DNA of 43,180 bases from Candidatus Avigastranaerophilus faecigallinarum (GCA_018716565.1 DVJT01000106.1:1-43180); one strand, 5' to 3'; positions 32,942 through 42,770 are shown, counted from the first letter of the stretch. The notes: a model not told the origin generated them from the sequence alone. A program made the numbers and translations.

Positions 32942-34768
32942 ATGGGAGCTTCCGATTACAGCGTTGTAACATCATTTAAAGCACACGATGGTGTTTCCCC
33001 TGCTCTTGATAACATTACAAAGAAAACAAACATAGCCGATAAACTGTTTGATAAATTGAATTTGAGCGGAAAAGGTTTAGGTTCTTGTTTTCAGGGAACA
33101 ATGCAAAAAGCAAATCTTTTTATGACTGCAATAGCAGGTAATTATGCAATTAAAGCATATCAGGCGGTTAAAGATAATATAGGTGTTTGTGTTGATGCAG
33201 CTTCTGATTTACAAGAAACAATAGGAAAAACAGGAGAAGTATTTAAAACCAATACGGAAGATGTTTTAAACTGGTCTAAAACAAGCATTAAAACTATGGG
33301 ATTATCAAAACAAACTGCTCTTGATACAGCTTCCTTATACGGGGATATGGCTACCGGTATGGGAATGAGTACAAAAAGAGCAGCTGAAATGTCAACAAAT
33401 CTTACTCAATTAAGTGCCGATTTAGCTTCATTTAAAAATATCTCACAGGAAATAGGGAAGAATGCTCTTAAAGGTATTTTCACCGGGGAAACTGAGGCTC
33501 TAAAAAATCTCGGGGTAGTTATGAATGAAACAACTTTAAGTGAATATGCGAGAAGTATTGGTATAAGAAAAAAATTAAAAGATTTATCACAGGCTGAAAA
33601 AATAGAACTCAGGTATAGTTATGTTTTAGATAAAACAAAAAATGCACAGGGTGATTTTTTAAGAACAGGCGGAGGATATGCAAACCAAAAAAGAATTTAT
33701 GAAGAACAAAGAGTTGAACTTAAAACACAATTAGGTAATATTATATTGCCTAAACAAACTCAAATTATGGTTTCTCTAAACAAAAAACTAACACAATATA
33801 CTCCTGTTATTGTTGAAAATTTTTCAAAAATGTTTAAGGCTTTTGAATCCGGATTAAAAATAGTTTCACCGTTATTTACAAAATTTATGGATTTAATGAA
33901 ATACTTAAAAGATCATTTACTGCCTGAAATTATAAATTATATGCCGTTAATAAAAACAACTCTTGAAACTGTTATTGTGCCTGCTGTTTCTTTTGTATTA
34001 GATAGCGTAAATGTACTATTTAGAACAATTGATAAAGGATATAATATTCTTAAAACTACATTTCAAATAGTAAAAGATAACTGGCTTCCTATACTTTTAA
34101 TTCTTCCTGCTTCAATACTTGGTGTACGATTTGCAATAGATATGCTGAGGTTAAAAATTGCACTTGCAAAAATGGAAAGTTCCTTATTTGCCGCTATATT
34201 AAATACAAATATGATTACAGCTTTAAAAAGTTTTACAGGTGTAGTTTGGAGAAGTGTTGCAGCTTTACTTGCACAGGCTGCTGCTTTTGCGGTTACCCCT
34301 TTAGGTATGATTACAATAGGAATTACCGCATTAATAGGTGTTGTTATTTTATTATGGAAAAATTGGGATAAAATAACACAAACAGTTACTAACTGGTGGA
34401 ATGTTACCGTTAATGCTTTATCATCTTTTTGGGAGAAGAGCAAAAGTATTTTTTCACAAATCGGAACGTTTATTAAAGAAAATTTTGTAGATATTTTATT
34501 TTCCTGTTTAGGTCCTATCGGATGGATTATAAAAGGTATTGTTCTTGTCGGACAATCACTTTCATCTCTAAAAAGAGGCGGAGGTGTTAATTTGAAGGCA
34601 GGAAACAGTAATGAAGAAATAAAAAATAAAATTTTTGTAAAAGATGATTCCGTAAAAAAAGGAATAATTAATGTCGGAATTACGGTAGATAATAAAACCG
34701 GATTTGAAACAACCGATACATTGGAACTTGAAGATACTAACGATTTAAAATTAAAACCGGCGGCATAA
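32942..34768 (+). CDS. Tail tape measure protein
   Basis: 608 aa. TMP core-like LSKQTALDTASLYGDMATGMGMSTKRAAEMSTNLTQLSADLASFKNI...GETEALKNLGVVMNE and C-terminal hydrophobic helices. Confidence 0.85.
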   Translation: MGASDYSVVTSFKAHDGVSPALDNITKKTNIADKLFDKLNLSGKGLGSCFQGTMQKANLFMTAIAGNYAIKAYQAVKDNIGVCVDAASDLQETIGKTGEVFKTNTEDVLNWSKTSIKTMGLSKQTALDTASLYGDMATGMGMSTKRAAEMSTNLTQLSADLASFKNISQEIGKNALKGIFTGETEALKNLGVVMNETTLSEYARSIGIRKKLKDLSQAEKIELRYSYVLDKTKNAQGDFLRTGGGYANQKRIYEEQRVELKTQLGNIILPKQTQIMVSLNKKLTQYTPVIVENFSKMFKAFESGLKIVSPLFTKFMDLMKYLKDHLLPEIINYMPLIKTTLETVIVPAVSFVLDSVNVLFRTIDKGYNILKTTFQIVKDNWLPILLILPASILGVRFAIDMLRLKIALAKMESSLFAAILNTNMITALKSFTGVVWRSVAALLAQAAAFAVTPLGMITIGITALIGVVILLWKNWDKITQTVTNWWNVTVNALSSFWEKSKSIFSQIGTFIKENFVDILFSCLGPIGWIIKGIVLVGQSLSSLKRGGGVNLKAGNSNEEIKNKIFVKDDSVKKGIINVGITVDNKTGFETTDTLELEDTNDLKLKPAA

Positions 34769-34769
34769 T

Positions 34770-36074
34770 ATGGAATTATTAAAAGATAATCAAGGGGTAA
34801 TTTGGACTTCTCCAAATAATGAGGTATTTTATTTAAAAACCCTTACAAATGAATATACCAAAAAACACATAGGAGAAATTAAGGAAAATCCGAAACCTAA
34901 AAATTCAAACAGAAAAAAAATTCAAGATTCAAACGATACGTTTACGGATTTTGGTGTCGGAGGAAAAGATATACCCCTTGAGTGTTATTTTATAGGTGAA
35001 GATCACGCACAAAAAGCAGAGGAATTTGCGAACGCTCTTTGTTTAACAGGAAAATCAAAACTTAAACTTGTTTATGAAGATGAAATAACAGTTAATGTTA
35101 TAAGATTTTCCCGAAAAAATGACCTGATAAAAAACATTAACTGTACCATTATTAATGTTGATTTTCATGAAACCTCAAATACGACATATCCCGAAAGTAC
35201 AACAAGTAAAACAAAAGAAATAAAAAATATTTCGGAAAATGCGAGAGCCGGTATTGCCGAAACTTTAAAAGAACATATTGAAACTATAACAGATACTGAC
35301 ACTCTTGAAAGTTTTTCGGAAAGTTTTTCTTCCGCTCTTGATAAAATATCAAATGAACTTTCTTTAATGAATAATGTTTCATTAAATTCAATTATGACGG
35401 ATATTTTAACTCAAAATCCCGTTAATAATATTTATACAATAACTTCACAACTCGGCATTGTGTTATATAAGGCTGCCTTATTAGCCAATAAAACAAAAAA
35501 TACAATTACTGATTTTTCAATAGAAGATTATATAAATGATAATTCCGGAAATTGGTCAAGTTTAATATCTAATCTTATTTCTTTTTCCGATATATCAAAA
35601 GAAACATTGACTAAAGAAGAAATTAATAAACTCATTATTAATGATTCGATTGCTTCTATGGCAATTATTTCTTATGGAGAATCTTTACTTGAAAAAGAAT
35701 ATGATAATCGTTCCGATGCAGTTGAAGCAGCTAAAACTTTAAAAGATTTTGAAGTAAACTGGACCGGGTTTATTGAAAATCAGTATTCTAAAATTGATAA
35801 TCTTGAAGATGTAATTAATAACTATATTGAACTTACAAATATTATTAATTTAACTGCAAGCGAGATTTTGGAACGTTCCTACAAGCTGAAAGTTGAGCAG
35901 ATTATTACATTATCTGAAGATACAACACTTGTTGATATTGCTTATAAATATTATTATGAACAGTTCAAAGAAAATCCTGATGAAACAATAGATTATCTCA
36001 TTGCTACAAACGGACTTGAAGATGATGAAATATTCCTGCTCCGTAAAGGAAAAGAGATTAAAATTTATGTATAA
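34770..36074 (+). CDS. Mu gpN-like DNA circulation protein
   Basis: 434 aa directly after the TMP. The N-terminal region (...FTDFGVGGKDIPLECYFIGEDHAQKAEEFANAL) resembles the DNA-circulation N-terminal domain. Confidence 0.5.
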   Translation: MELLKDNQGVIWTSPNNEVFYLKTLTNEYTKKHIGEIKENPKPKNSNRKKIQDSNDTFTDFGVGGKDIPLECYFIGEDHAQKAEEFANALCLTGKSKLKLVYEDEITVNVIRFSRKNDLIKNINCTIINVDFHETSNTTYPESTTSKTKEIKNISENARAGIAETLKEHIETITDTDTLESFSESFSSALDKISNELSLMNNVSLNSIMTDILTQNPVNNIYTITSQLGIVLYKAALLANKTKNTITDFSIEDYINDNSGNWSSLISNLISFSDISKETLTKEEINKLIINDSIASMAIISYGESLLEKEYDNRSDAVEAAKTLKDFEVNWTGFIENQYSKIDNLEDVINNYIELTNIINLTASEILERSYKLKVEQIITLSEDTTLVDIAYKYYYEQFKENPDETIDYLIATNGLEDDEIFLLRKGKEIKIYV

Positions 36075-36075
36075 A

Positions 36076-36242
36076 AAATAAATAATAGAATTTTCTTTCC
36101 GTTCATGAATCATGATTTTCTTAAACTCAATAAAAAAGCACGGCTAACTCGCTTCCGCTCAAACAGAGCCGTGCCGTGTCATATGTTTCGCTAAAGAAAA
36201 TTATATGATTCCTTCAAGTCTTTCAAATTCTATTATTTATTT
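36076..36242. repeat. 167-nt extended imperfect hairpin with perfect 18-bp terminal inverted repeats
   Basis: AAATAAATAATAGAATTT (36076-36093) pairs with 36225-36242. GAATCAT 36107-36113 pairs with 36205-36211. ATTTTCTT 36115-36122 pairs with 36194-36201. GCACGGCT 36138-36145 pairs with 36167-36174. Confidence 0.75.
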
Positions 36243-36261
36243 CAAAAATATGGATTAAAAA

Positions 36262-37419
36262 ATGTATAAAAAAGTCATTAAAGAAAAAAATACAAGTTAT
36301 GATGATATTTCAAGACAATATTACGGTACAACAGAAAAATCAGGTGATATTGCAAAATTAAATAACAATATTGAAGAAGGAGAAATATTAATTGATGTTG
36401 AAGAAATAAATATAACTCCCGAAAGAAATAATAATCTTGTTACTTTAATTGTAGAAAATCAATCTTATGAAAATTTTTCGGAAAACTCTTTAATTGACGG
36501 TTTAAATTCAGTTAAAGGAGCTGTTTTTATATTTAATAAATCAGATACAAATTATTCGTTTAAAATAGGGCAGAATGTACAAATATATGATTCTGAGGGA
36601 TTATTCCTTAACGGGAAAATTTTTAATACAAAAAATATTTCCAATACAAAGGCACGTTGGAGTCAGGTTGAAATAAAATCAAATGCCGGTATTCTTATAA
36701 ACAGTGATGTTCCTTATCCATTGCAATTTTCAAACTGTTCAAGGAAAGAAATTTTAACCGAAATTGCAAACTATTTTAATGTTAAAATTACATTTTCGGA
36801 CGAAAAGGAACTAGATGAAGTTTTTGTCAATGAAATTGGCAGCTCTTATACTGCCGGCATCAATGAAAAAGCATTTTATTTTATGCTAAGGATTTGTAAA
36901 TCGGCAGGATTGTTAATAACAGATACAGGAGACGGATTATTTATCGGAAGATATAAACCAAATACAAAAGAAAAATTAAATCTTATACAAAATGAATGCC
37001 GGGGATTACAAGAAATGAGATGGCAAATCACTGCCGATGGACTTGCAAGGTATTATGAGTTTAATTCACAGTTTCCTCAAACTGCAACGGCGAAAGTTCA
37101 AATCCCTGTTCCTATTCCAATAACACAACGTATTAATTCAAACGATTTCAATGCTTATGATCTGCAATCGGCAGGAGAAAGGTTTGTTTGCAGCGAAATA
37201 GGAAATCATTTTAATTTAATAGCCGTAATAAATGAAAACCTTCCAATAAAAAGCGGTTCTTTTGCTGTTGTTTACAATCCCGATGTAAATATAGATGAAG
37301 AAACTGATTTCATAATAAAAAATGTTATAAGAAAACATCCTGATAAAACAATATTAACAATGACACTTCCCTGTGCATATACCTTTGAAATACCGAAAGA
37401 ATTACCGTTATGTTCTTAA
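36262..37419 (+). CDS. Baseplate hub protein, Mu gpP (gp44)-like, with an N-terminal LysM-like segment
   Basis: Position in Mu N-P-Q-V-W-R order. N-terminal YDDISRQYYGTTEKSGDIAKLNN. Confidence 0.5.
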   Translation: MYKKVIKEKNTSYDDISRQYYGTTEKSGDIAKLNNNIEEGEILIDVEEINITPERNNNLVTLIVENQSYENFSENSLIDGLNSVKGAVFIFNKSDTNYSFKIGQNVQIYDSEGLFLNGKIFNTKNISNTKARWSQVEIKSNAGILINSDVPYPLQFSNCSRKEILTEIANYFNVKITFSDEKELDEVFVNEIGSSYTAGINEKAFYFMLRICKSAGLLITDTGDGLFIGRYKPNTKEKLNLIQNECRGLQEMRWQITADGLARYYEFNSQFPQTATAKVQIPVPIPITQRINSNDFNAYDLQSAGERFVCSEIGNHFNLIAVINENLPIKSGSFAVVYNPDVNIDEETDFIIKNVIRKHPDKTILTMTLPCAYTFEIPKELPLCS

Positions 37420-37856
37420 AAGCAAGCATTCAAAAAGTTTTAATTGATTTACATAAAAGATTTTTTCAGGCAAATTTATATACGAATCAAACAGGAAATT
37501 TTCTTCAATATCACTCGGGCGGTGATGATTATTCTCCTGCTCTGGATTGCGAGGGATTAGGAGGAACAATAGGAAATAATCCTGCTAACGGTTTTATTTT
37601 TGCCTGGAAAGACAATATTTTAAAAAAATCACAACCCGGAGAAAAACGAATTTATTCAGTTAAAAACGGAACTGAAGTTGCAGCTGAAATTTATCTTAAA
37701 AATGACGGCAATATTGAAATAACAGGTTCTGAAAATGTAGAGGTAAATATAAACGGCAGTATTACCGCCTTACATGTTAATGCTTCGGATGGTGTTACGG
37801 GAACGTTTACAAACAGCATAACAGTTAAGAATGGTATTGTTATAGGGGGCAGCTAG
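37410..37856 (+). CDS. Baseplate spike / assembly protein, Mu gp45-like
   Basis: 148 aa. The order, and a C-terminal beta-rich ...NGSITALHVNASDGVTGTFTNSITVKNGIVIGGS. Confidence 0.55.
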   Translation: MFLKASIQKVLIDLHKRFFQANLYTNQTGNFLQYHSGGDDYSPALDCEGLGGTIGNNPANGFIFAWKDNILKKSQPGEKRIYSVKNGTEVAAEIYLKNDGNIEITGSENVEVNINGSITALHVNASDGVTGTFTNSITVKNGIVIGGS

Positions 37857-38263
37857 TGGATTTATTATTGGAAGATTCAATTAAAGGCGGTAAATTAACT
37901 CTTGAAAACGGAGATATAAAAACAGATAATACCCTTTTTACGGCTGTTTATCTATCTTTATTTAACGGTGATTGTTTTTACAACATTTATGAAAAATATA
38001 AAACAACGGGAGATTTTCAAGAATCTTTAAATCTGCCTATTACAAAACAAAATCTAGATAGAGTTGAGCAATGCGGTAAAAATGCACTGTTATGGCTGAT
38101 TAGCGAGGGTATTGCAAAATCGGTGGATATTTTTGCTTACGGAGATAAAAACAATAAAATTAATGCAGACATAACCATTAGAGAACCTGATGATGTCAAT
38201 TATTTATTCAGTATTATATGGGCAAATGAAAGGGCTGTTTTAATAAATGGCAAACTACACTAA
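37856..38263 (+). CDS. Baseplate protein, GP46 family
   Basis: DLLLED...GDIKTDNTLFTAVYLSLFNGD matches the GP46 hallmark (LeTAVliSLFtD). GTG start overlaps the previous stop. Confidence 0.7.
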   Translation: MDLLLEDSIKGGKLTLENGDIKTDNTLFTAVYLSLFNGDCFYNIYEKYKTTGDFQESLNLPITKQNLDRVEQCGKNALLWLISEGIAKSVDIFAYGDKNNKINADITIREPDDVNYLFSIIWANERAVLINGKLH

Positions 38264-39455
38264 TAAAACTATACAAGACATATTTAATTCATTTATTGCT
38301 GAGTTTAATGTACTTAGAAATAAATATAATGATAAAAGTCCTATCCTTGAAAAATCAGTAATTAAGAGTATAGGATTTTCTTTATCTTCTTTAGTCGGTA
38401 CATTATGGAAGCAGGCAAAATATATATTTAAGCAATGCTTTCCTCAAAGCTGCTCGCTTAAAATTTTAAAGTTATGGGGCAATCTTATCGGGGTTGATTA
38501 TAAATACGGACAGTCCGCAATATTACAAATTGAACTTACAAATGTAACTGCTGATTCTTTGCCTTCTGCTACTGTATATAAAGATTTATCTTCAGGTTTA
38601 ATTTATAAAACCAATTCTCAAGCATATATGTCAAACGGAAATATAACTGCAACTGCTGTATGCAGCCAAACAGGGAGCAGCGGAAACATTCAACCCGGTA
38701 CAATTTTAAATATTGCAAATCCCTATACCGGCATTCCGTCAACTGCCGCAGTAAAACAAATTTTAACAGAAGGAAGTGAAGATGAAGCGGTTGAAACCTA
38801 CAGAAAAAGGGTTTTATACAGATTCAGAAAAAAATCACAAGGCGGAAGTTCGCTGGATTATTACAACTGGGCAATGGAAGTTTCAGGCATAAACGATGCA
38901 TTTCCTTATGTGCTTGAAGAAGGAGTTATGACATTATTTATTGTTGCAAACGGATCGGGTAAAAACAGAGATCCTTCAGGCAAAATTACTCCTAATCCGT
39001 TTCCCAAATGGGAAAATGGTATATTTCAAGATTTTGAAGGTTCGGGACAATTTTTACAGGTCGCAAATTCTATTGAGGGAAGCAGTTTAAATACACATGA
39101 CAGAAGACCGGCTACGGATAAAGTAAATCTGTTAAAACCGAATTATACAGGCTTCTGTGTTAAAATAACAGGTTTAACGGATATTTCATATGCCGAAAAG
39201 ATAAAAAATGTCTTAATAAACACCATGGATGCAAAAAGACCTCATATAAAAGTTTTAAATTATAAAGCATCTAATGCAAAAATAAATAAATTAAGTCTTT
39301 CTGCTGATATTTCTTCTGTAATCGATGATCAAACCTTTACCGATTTTGAATTAATTGATGATAACGGAAACAGCATAACAGAGGCAACTTTAGGAATAGG
39401 ATGTCTTGCTTATCTTAAAGAACTTTATATTAACGGCTCAAAGGTAACTTTATAA
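38247..39455 (+). CDS. Baseplate J-like protein (Mu gp47-like)
   Basis: SGNIQPGTILNI...TEGSEDEAVETYRKRVLYRFRKKSQGGSSLDYYNWAMEVSGINDAF is the Baseplate_J signature. Confidence 0.85.
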   Translation: MANYTNKTIQDIFNSFIAEFNVLRNKYNDKSPILEKSVIKSIGFSLSSLVGTLWKQAKYIFKQCFPQSCSLKILKLWGNLIGVDYKYGQSAILQIELTNVTADSLPSATVYKDLSSGLIYKTNSQAYMSNGNITATAVCSQTGSSGNIQPGTILNIANPYTGIPSTAAVKQILTEGSEDEAVETYRKRVLYRFRKKSQGGSSLDYYNWAMEVSGINDAFPYVLEEGVMTLFIVANGSGKNRDPSGKITPNPFPKWENGIFQDFEGSGQFLQVANSIEGSSLNTHDRRPATDKVNLLKPNYTGFCVKITGLTDISYAEKIKNVLINTMDAKRPHIKVLNYKASNAKINKLSLSADISSVIDDQTFTDFELIDDNGNSITEATLGIGCLAYLKELYINGSKVTL

Positions 39456-40207
39456 TGGATATTCTTACTAAAACATTTATAAAAAATCTTGGAAAAGGCA
39501 GAGCCTGGTATGCTGCTGATTCTTTTACTCAGGATTTCTTCTCTGCAATTATTTCTCCATTTAAAGAAATAAAAAAATATTTAACGGAACTTCAATATGT
39601 ACACTTCCCTCAAAAAGTTTTGAAAGAAGAAAATGTCATAAACGGGGAAAATTTATTTGATATTTCACCTGAAGGTGATCTTGAATCAAGAGCAAATAAT
39701 GTTGCTATTGAATGGTTAATGCTTGCCGGCAATTTAAGTTATAAAACAATAGAAAAAGCACTTAATCAAGCAGGATATAAAGTTATCGTATATGAAAATC
39801 CTGAAACTGATAATTTTAATCTCGGAACAACATTTTATTACGGTTCAAATGTTTACGGGGGTGTAAATAATTCTGATGATAAAGTTCCTATTCAATACGG
39901 AGCACATTCGGCAAGATTAATCGGCAACGGACTTCTTAATATAGAGGGAACAAATCAGGAACCCGTAAAACTGAAAAACGGCAAACATACATTTTATGTT
40001 CTTGGCAGATTCACCCCTTCCGATAAAGATTGGGAAGAAATAACGAATATTATTTTAAAAATGAAAAGAGGAACTTCTGTAGCAATTTGCCAAATTGAAG
40101 AAAGAAAAATTATTGATAATGATTATTACAATGTTCAATCTTTTGCCGATTATTGTGATGGAGGAACACCCTTTACTACAGATTGGTTTGAAAAAATTAA
40201 CAGTTAG
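39455..40207 (+). CDS. Baseplate/tail protein, Mu gp48 (DUF2313)-like
   Basis: Follows the J-like gene. N-terminal LGKGRAWYAADSFTQDFFSAIISPFKEI pattern. Confidence 0.5.
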   Translation: MDILTKTFIKNLGKGRAWYAADSFTQDFFSAIISPFKEIKKYLTELQYVHFPQKVLKEENVINGENLFDISPEGDLESRANNVAIEWLMLAGNLSYKTIEKALNQAGYKVIVYENPETDNFNLGTTFYYGSNVYGGVNNSDDKVPIQYGAHSARLIGNGLLNIEGTNQEPVKLKNGKHTFYVLGRFTPSDKDWEEITNIILKMKRGTSVAICQIEERKIIDNDYYNVQSFADYCDGGTPFTTDWFEKINS

Positions 40208-40216
40208 GAGATAAAT

Positions 40217-41065
40217 TTGAAAAAACTTGAATCATATGAAAAAACGTTGAGTTCTACAACAGATTTAATATACGGAGCATTTAAAAATGAAAGTTCGCCG
40301 TCAGCTAAAGACGGTACTGATATAGTTGCAGAACATATGCAGGATTTATATTATCCTCTTTATCAGGTTTTACAGCTTGCAGGAATACAGCCGAACGGCT
40401 CTCTTGAAAATTGTTCAAATACAAAACAATTCTTAAACTCCCTCGCAAATATAGCCCCTTTAATATACGATTCTTCATTAACTTATGCCAAAAATGCAAT
40501 TGTTATAAACGTTTTTAATAATGAAATCAACATTTATCAATCAAAAAAAGCAGATAATAAGTTAGTATTGAATGATACTTCCTCTTGGAATTTGCTTGCA
40601 AAAATTAATGCTTCAGGTGTATTTAGCAATATAACACTTAATTCCCCGGTTTTAACAGGGATTCCGACAGCTCCTACGGCTGCTGCGGGTACATCAACAA
40701 ACCAGCTTGCAACAACAGAATTTGTAACAAGCCAAATAATTGCAAATTTTTTAAATTCTTTTTATTCAAATATTGAAATTGACGGAACAAATTTTTGTTT
40801 GGAATTTTACACTGACAACAAAAAACAAAATAGAGTTTTTATGATCCAAATAGGTAAATCAACAGGCTTTTCAACAGTTAGTTATAAAAAACAATTCAAA
40901 GCGGTATTTGGAGTATTTGCTCAGGTTATCACAAGTGAAACTTGTGTAAGTGCCGCAATTAGCAATGTTAACGTATCAAACTTTTATCTTACAGACGGCA
41001 CGCATGGCGGAAAACATGAAGATCGTTACGGATTAAGTAATTATTGGATAGCTTTTGGAACATAG
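40217..41065 (+). CDS. Tail fibre protein (TTG start)
   Basis: LNSPVLTGIPTAPTAAAGTSTNQLATTEFV is the widespread fibre motif. AGGAG lies 6 nt upstream of the TTG. Confidence 0.65.
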   Translation: MKKLESYEKTLSSTTDLIYGAFKNESSPSAKDGTDIVAEHMQDLYYPLYQVLQLAGIQPNGSLENCSNTKQFLNSLANIAPLIYDSSLTYAKNAIVINVFNNEINIYQSKKADNKLVLNDTSSWNLLAKINASGVFSNITLNSPVLTGIPTAPTAAAGTSTNQLATTEFVTSQIIANFLNSFYSNIEIDGTNFCLEFYTDNKKQNRVFMIQIGKSTGFSTVSYKKQFKAVFGVFAQVITSETCVSAAISNVNVSNFYLTDGTHGGKHEDRYGLSNYWIAFGT

Positions 41066-41077
41066 AAAGGAAATACC

Positions 41078-41785
41078 ATGGCAACATTAATTCAATTACG
41101 GCGTGGATTGGACGAACAATGGCGGCAGGTAAACCCCGTTCTTGCCGAAGGCGAACCCGGATTTACTTTTGATACCGGAGAATTAAGAATAGGAAACGGA
41201 ATAAATCCATATACAGAATTAGAACCGGTCTTTACTATCGGCTATATTAAACAAATAGTAACAGAAGCTCTCGGGAAAATAGATATTGCTTATCAAAATG
41301 CTGTTGAAATGCTTAATACAATGGGAAGCGGTTATCCACGTTTTTGTGTTAATTCTGCTAGTGTTGATGATAATGGAGAACCTGATTTTTTAATCTACAA
41401 CAATACTCAGAACTTGTTAGTTGCGAAAGCTCCTGTTATTTATACAACAGCTTCCGGCATTACAAGGGATGTTTCTTCTGATATATCATTAAATTTAGGA
41501 CTTTATTCTCCGGGAGCATACAATGTTTACATTAATTATGATGATAATTTCAATTTTGAATTAATCCTTCTTCAAAATTCGATATATAAACAAAAAGCAA
41601 AACCGCAGCAGGCATCAGAAGGTGATATTTGGGTAAATACTTCAGTTTATCCAAATTCATCTTACATATTAAATGAACAAAACGAATGGATAGAAACGGA
41701 ATATGTCCCGATAGGCGATATTGTCATAGAAGTGCAAACTCCTGATGCGGATGAACCAATAGAAGAACAACAGCCCGAATTATAG
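41078..41785 (+). CDS. Second fibre / receptor-binding protein with an Mtd_N-like (major tropism determinant N-terminal type) N-terminus
   Basis: TLIQLRRGLDEQWRQVNPVLAEGEPGFTFDTGELRIGNG is the conserved QLRRG...NPvLaaGEpG...tg.lKiGDG motif. Confidence 0.6.
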   Translation: MATLIQLRRGLDEQWRQVNPVLAEGEPGFTFDTGELRIGNGINPYTELEPVFTIGYIKQIVTEALGKIDIAYQNAVEMLNTMGSGYPRFCVNSASVDDNGEPDFLIYNNTQNLLVAKAPVIYTTASGITRDVSSDISLNLGLYSPGAYNVYINYDDNFNFELILLQNSIYKQKAKPQQASEGDIWVNTSVYPNSSYILNEQNEWIETEYVPIGDIVIEVQTPDADEPIEEQQPEL

Positions 41786-41793
41786 GAGAAATT

Positions 41794-42186
41794 ATGAAAA
41801 TAAATATAAATCCATACAACTATGGAAGTTCTCAAATTACAAAATTAAGTGATTTGGATAATGATATAGGTTTTATTGTCGGTATTCACAAATCTAAAAC
41901 AACTCAGTTGTTATTTGAAAAATGGAATATAATCCGCAAAAAAGAGTATCAAAATCTCCCTAACTTAAAGAAAATATGGATTCCGAAAGAACTTACATTA
42001 ATTGAAGCTGATAATGCAGACCAAGCCCCCTTTTTGGGTTGTTCTTCAGATTGTGTAATTTATACCGATGTCGAAAGCGAAAGTGAACTGCCTTCAACCT
42101 GGAGTTCCTTTTTTAATAATTACTCAGAAACTCAAAAATTAACAGTAAAATACGGCTCAAACATTAATTCATATAAAAGTAAATAG
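41794..42186 (+). CDS. Hypothetical protein (130 aa) with one BspA-type LRR-like segment
   Basis: IWIPKELTLIEADNADQAPFLGCSSDCVIY resembles a single LRR_5 unit. Weak. Confidence 0.4.
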   Translation: MKININPYNYGSSQITKLSDLDNDIGFIVGIHKSKTTQLLFEKWNIIRKKEYQNLPNLKKIWIPKELTLIEADNADQAPFLGCSSDCVIYTDVESESELPSTWSSFFNNYSETQKLTVKYGSNINSYKSK

Positions 42187-42195
42187 GAGAATATT

Positions 42196-42708
42196 ATGGT
42201 AAAATCAAAAGTTTCAAACATTCAAGATAAGCAGTTGGAAAAAGAATTCCCCGGATTTATTTATAAAATTCAAATCGATAAAAAAACGGATATTCCAAAT
42301 ATTGAATATGTTATGAATAATGATAAAAACGAAAAAACAATTAGTTTAAAGGGCAAAGAAAAGCCTCTTGATTCGTTTTTAAAAGCAATGCAGGATTTAT
42401 CGGAAATCTTTTGTGAAATTTGCGAAATTGAAGATAAAACTGATGAAACACTTGTTACAACAGTAAATTTTTCAGAAAAAGGCGGTGTTATTATCTCAGG
42501 ACAGGTAAATCTTACAAAAAACGGAATTCCACAGCCTTTATGTATGAATACACCTCATGTATTAATTGAATACAATGAGAAATCTTATAATTTGCCTGAA
42601 TATGCACAGAAACAAATAAAAGAATTAAAAAAACAGGCAATTTTATACATAAAAGGTGAAGTAGCAGAAAAACAAAACGGCTTATTTGATGAAGAAGCCG
42701 TTAACTAA
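42196..42708 (+). CDS. Hypothetical protein (170 aa)
   Basis: AGGAG RBS. No motif recognised. Confidence 0.45.
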   Translation: MVKSKVSNIQDKQLEKEFPGFIYKIQIDKKTDIPNIEYVMNNDKNEKTISLKGKEKPLDSFLKAMQDLSEIFCEICEIEDKTDETLVTTVNFSEKGGVIISGQVNLTKNGIPQPLCMNTPHVLIEYNEKSYNLPEYAQKQIKELKKQAILYIKGEVAEKQNGLFDEEAVN

Positions 42709-42744
42709 TAAAAATATTCTTGTATGGGAGAGTTAGTTGCGGAG

Positions 42745-42770
42745 ATGTTCGCAATAATTCATTGGGAGGA
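42745..42770 (+). promoter_or_regulatory. Second copy of the bipartite box ATGTTCGCAA-N6-ATTGGGAGGA
   Basis: Both 10-mers are exact matches to 18841-18850 and 18860-18869. Preceded by GGGAGAGTTAGTT (42726-42738), which resembles GGGAGTTAGTT at 19202-19212. Confidence 0.45.

Noticed and set aside
34063-34815. 250-aa minus-strand ORF antisense to the tape measure gene
   Set aside because: It is fully nested opposite a confidently identified TMP, and its hydrophobic low-complexity translation is typical of antisense frames.
36105-36194. 29-aa ORF (MNHDFLKLNKKARLTRFRSNRAVPCHMFR) inside the long hairpin
   Set aside because: It has no RBS, and the sequence is better explained by the palindromic structure.
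41078-41785. Diversity-generating retroelement targeting the Mtd_N-like fibre
   Set aside because: There is no reverse transcriptase in the window. No template/variable repeat pair was spotted. The C-terminus does not look like a C-type-lectin variable region. Only the common N-terminal fibre motif is shared with Mtd.
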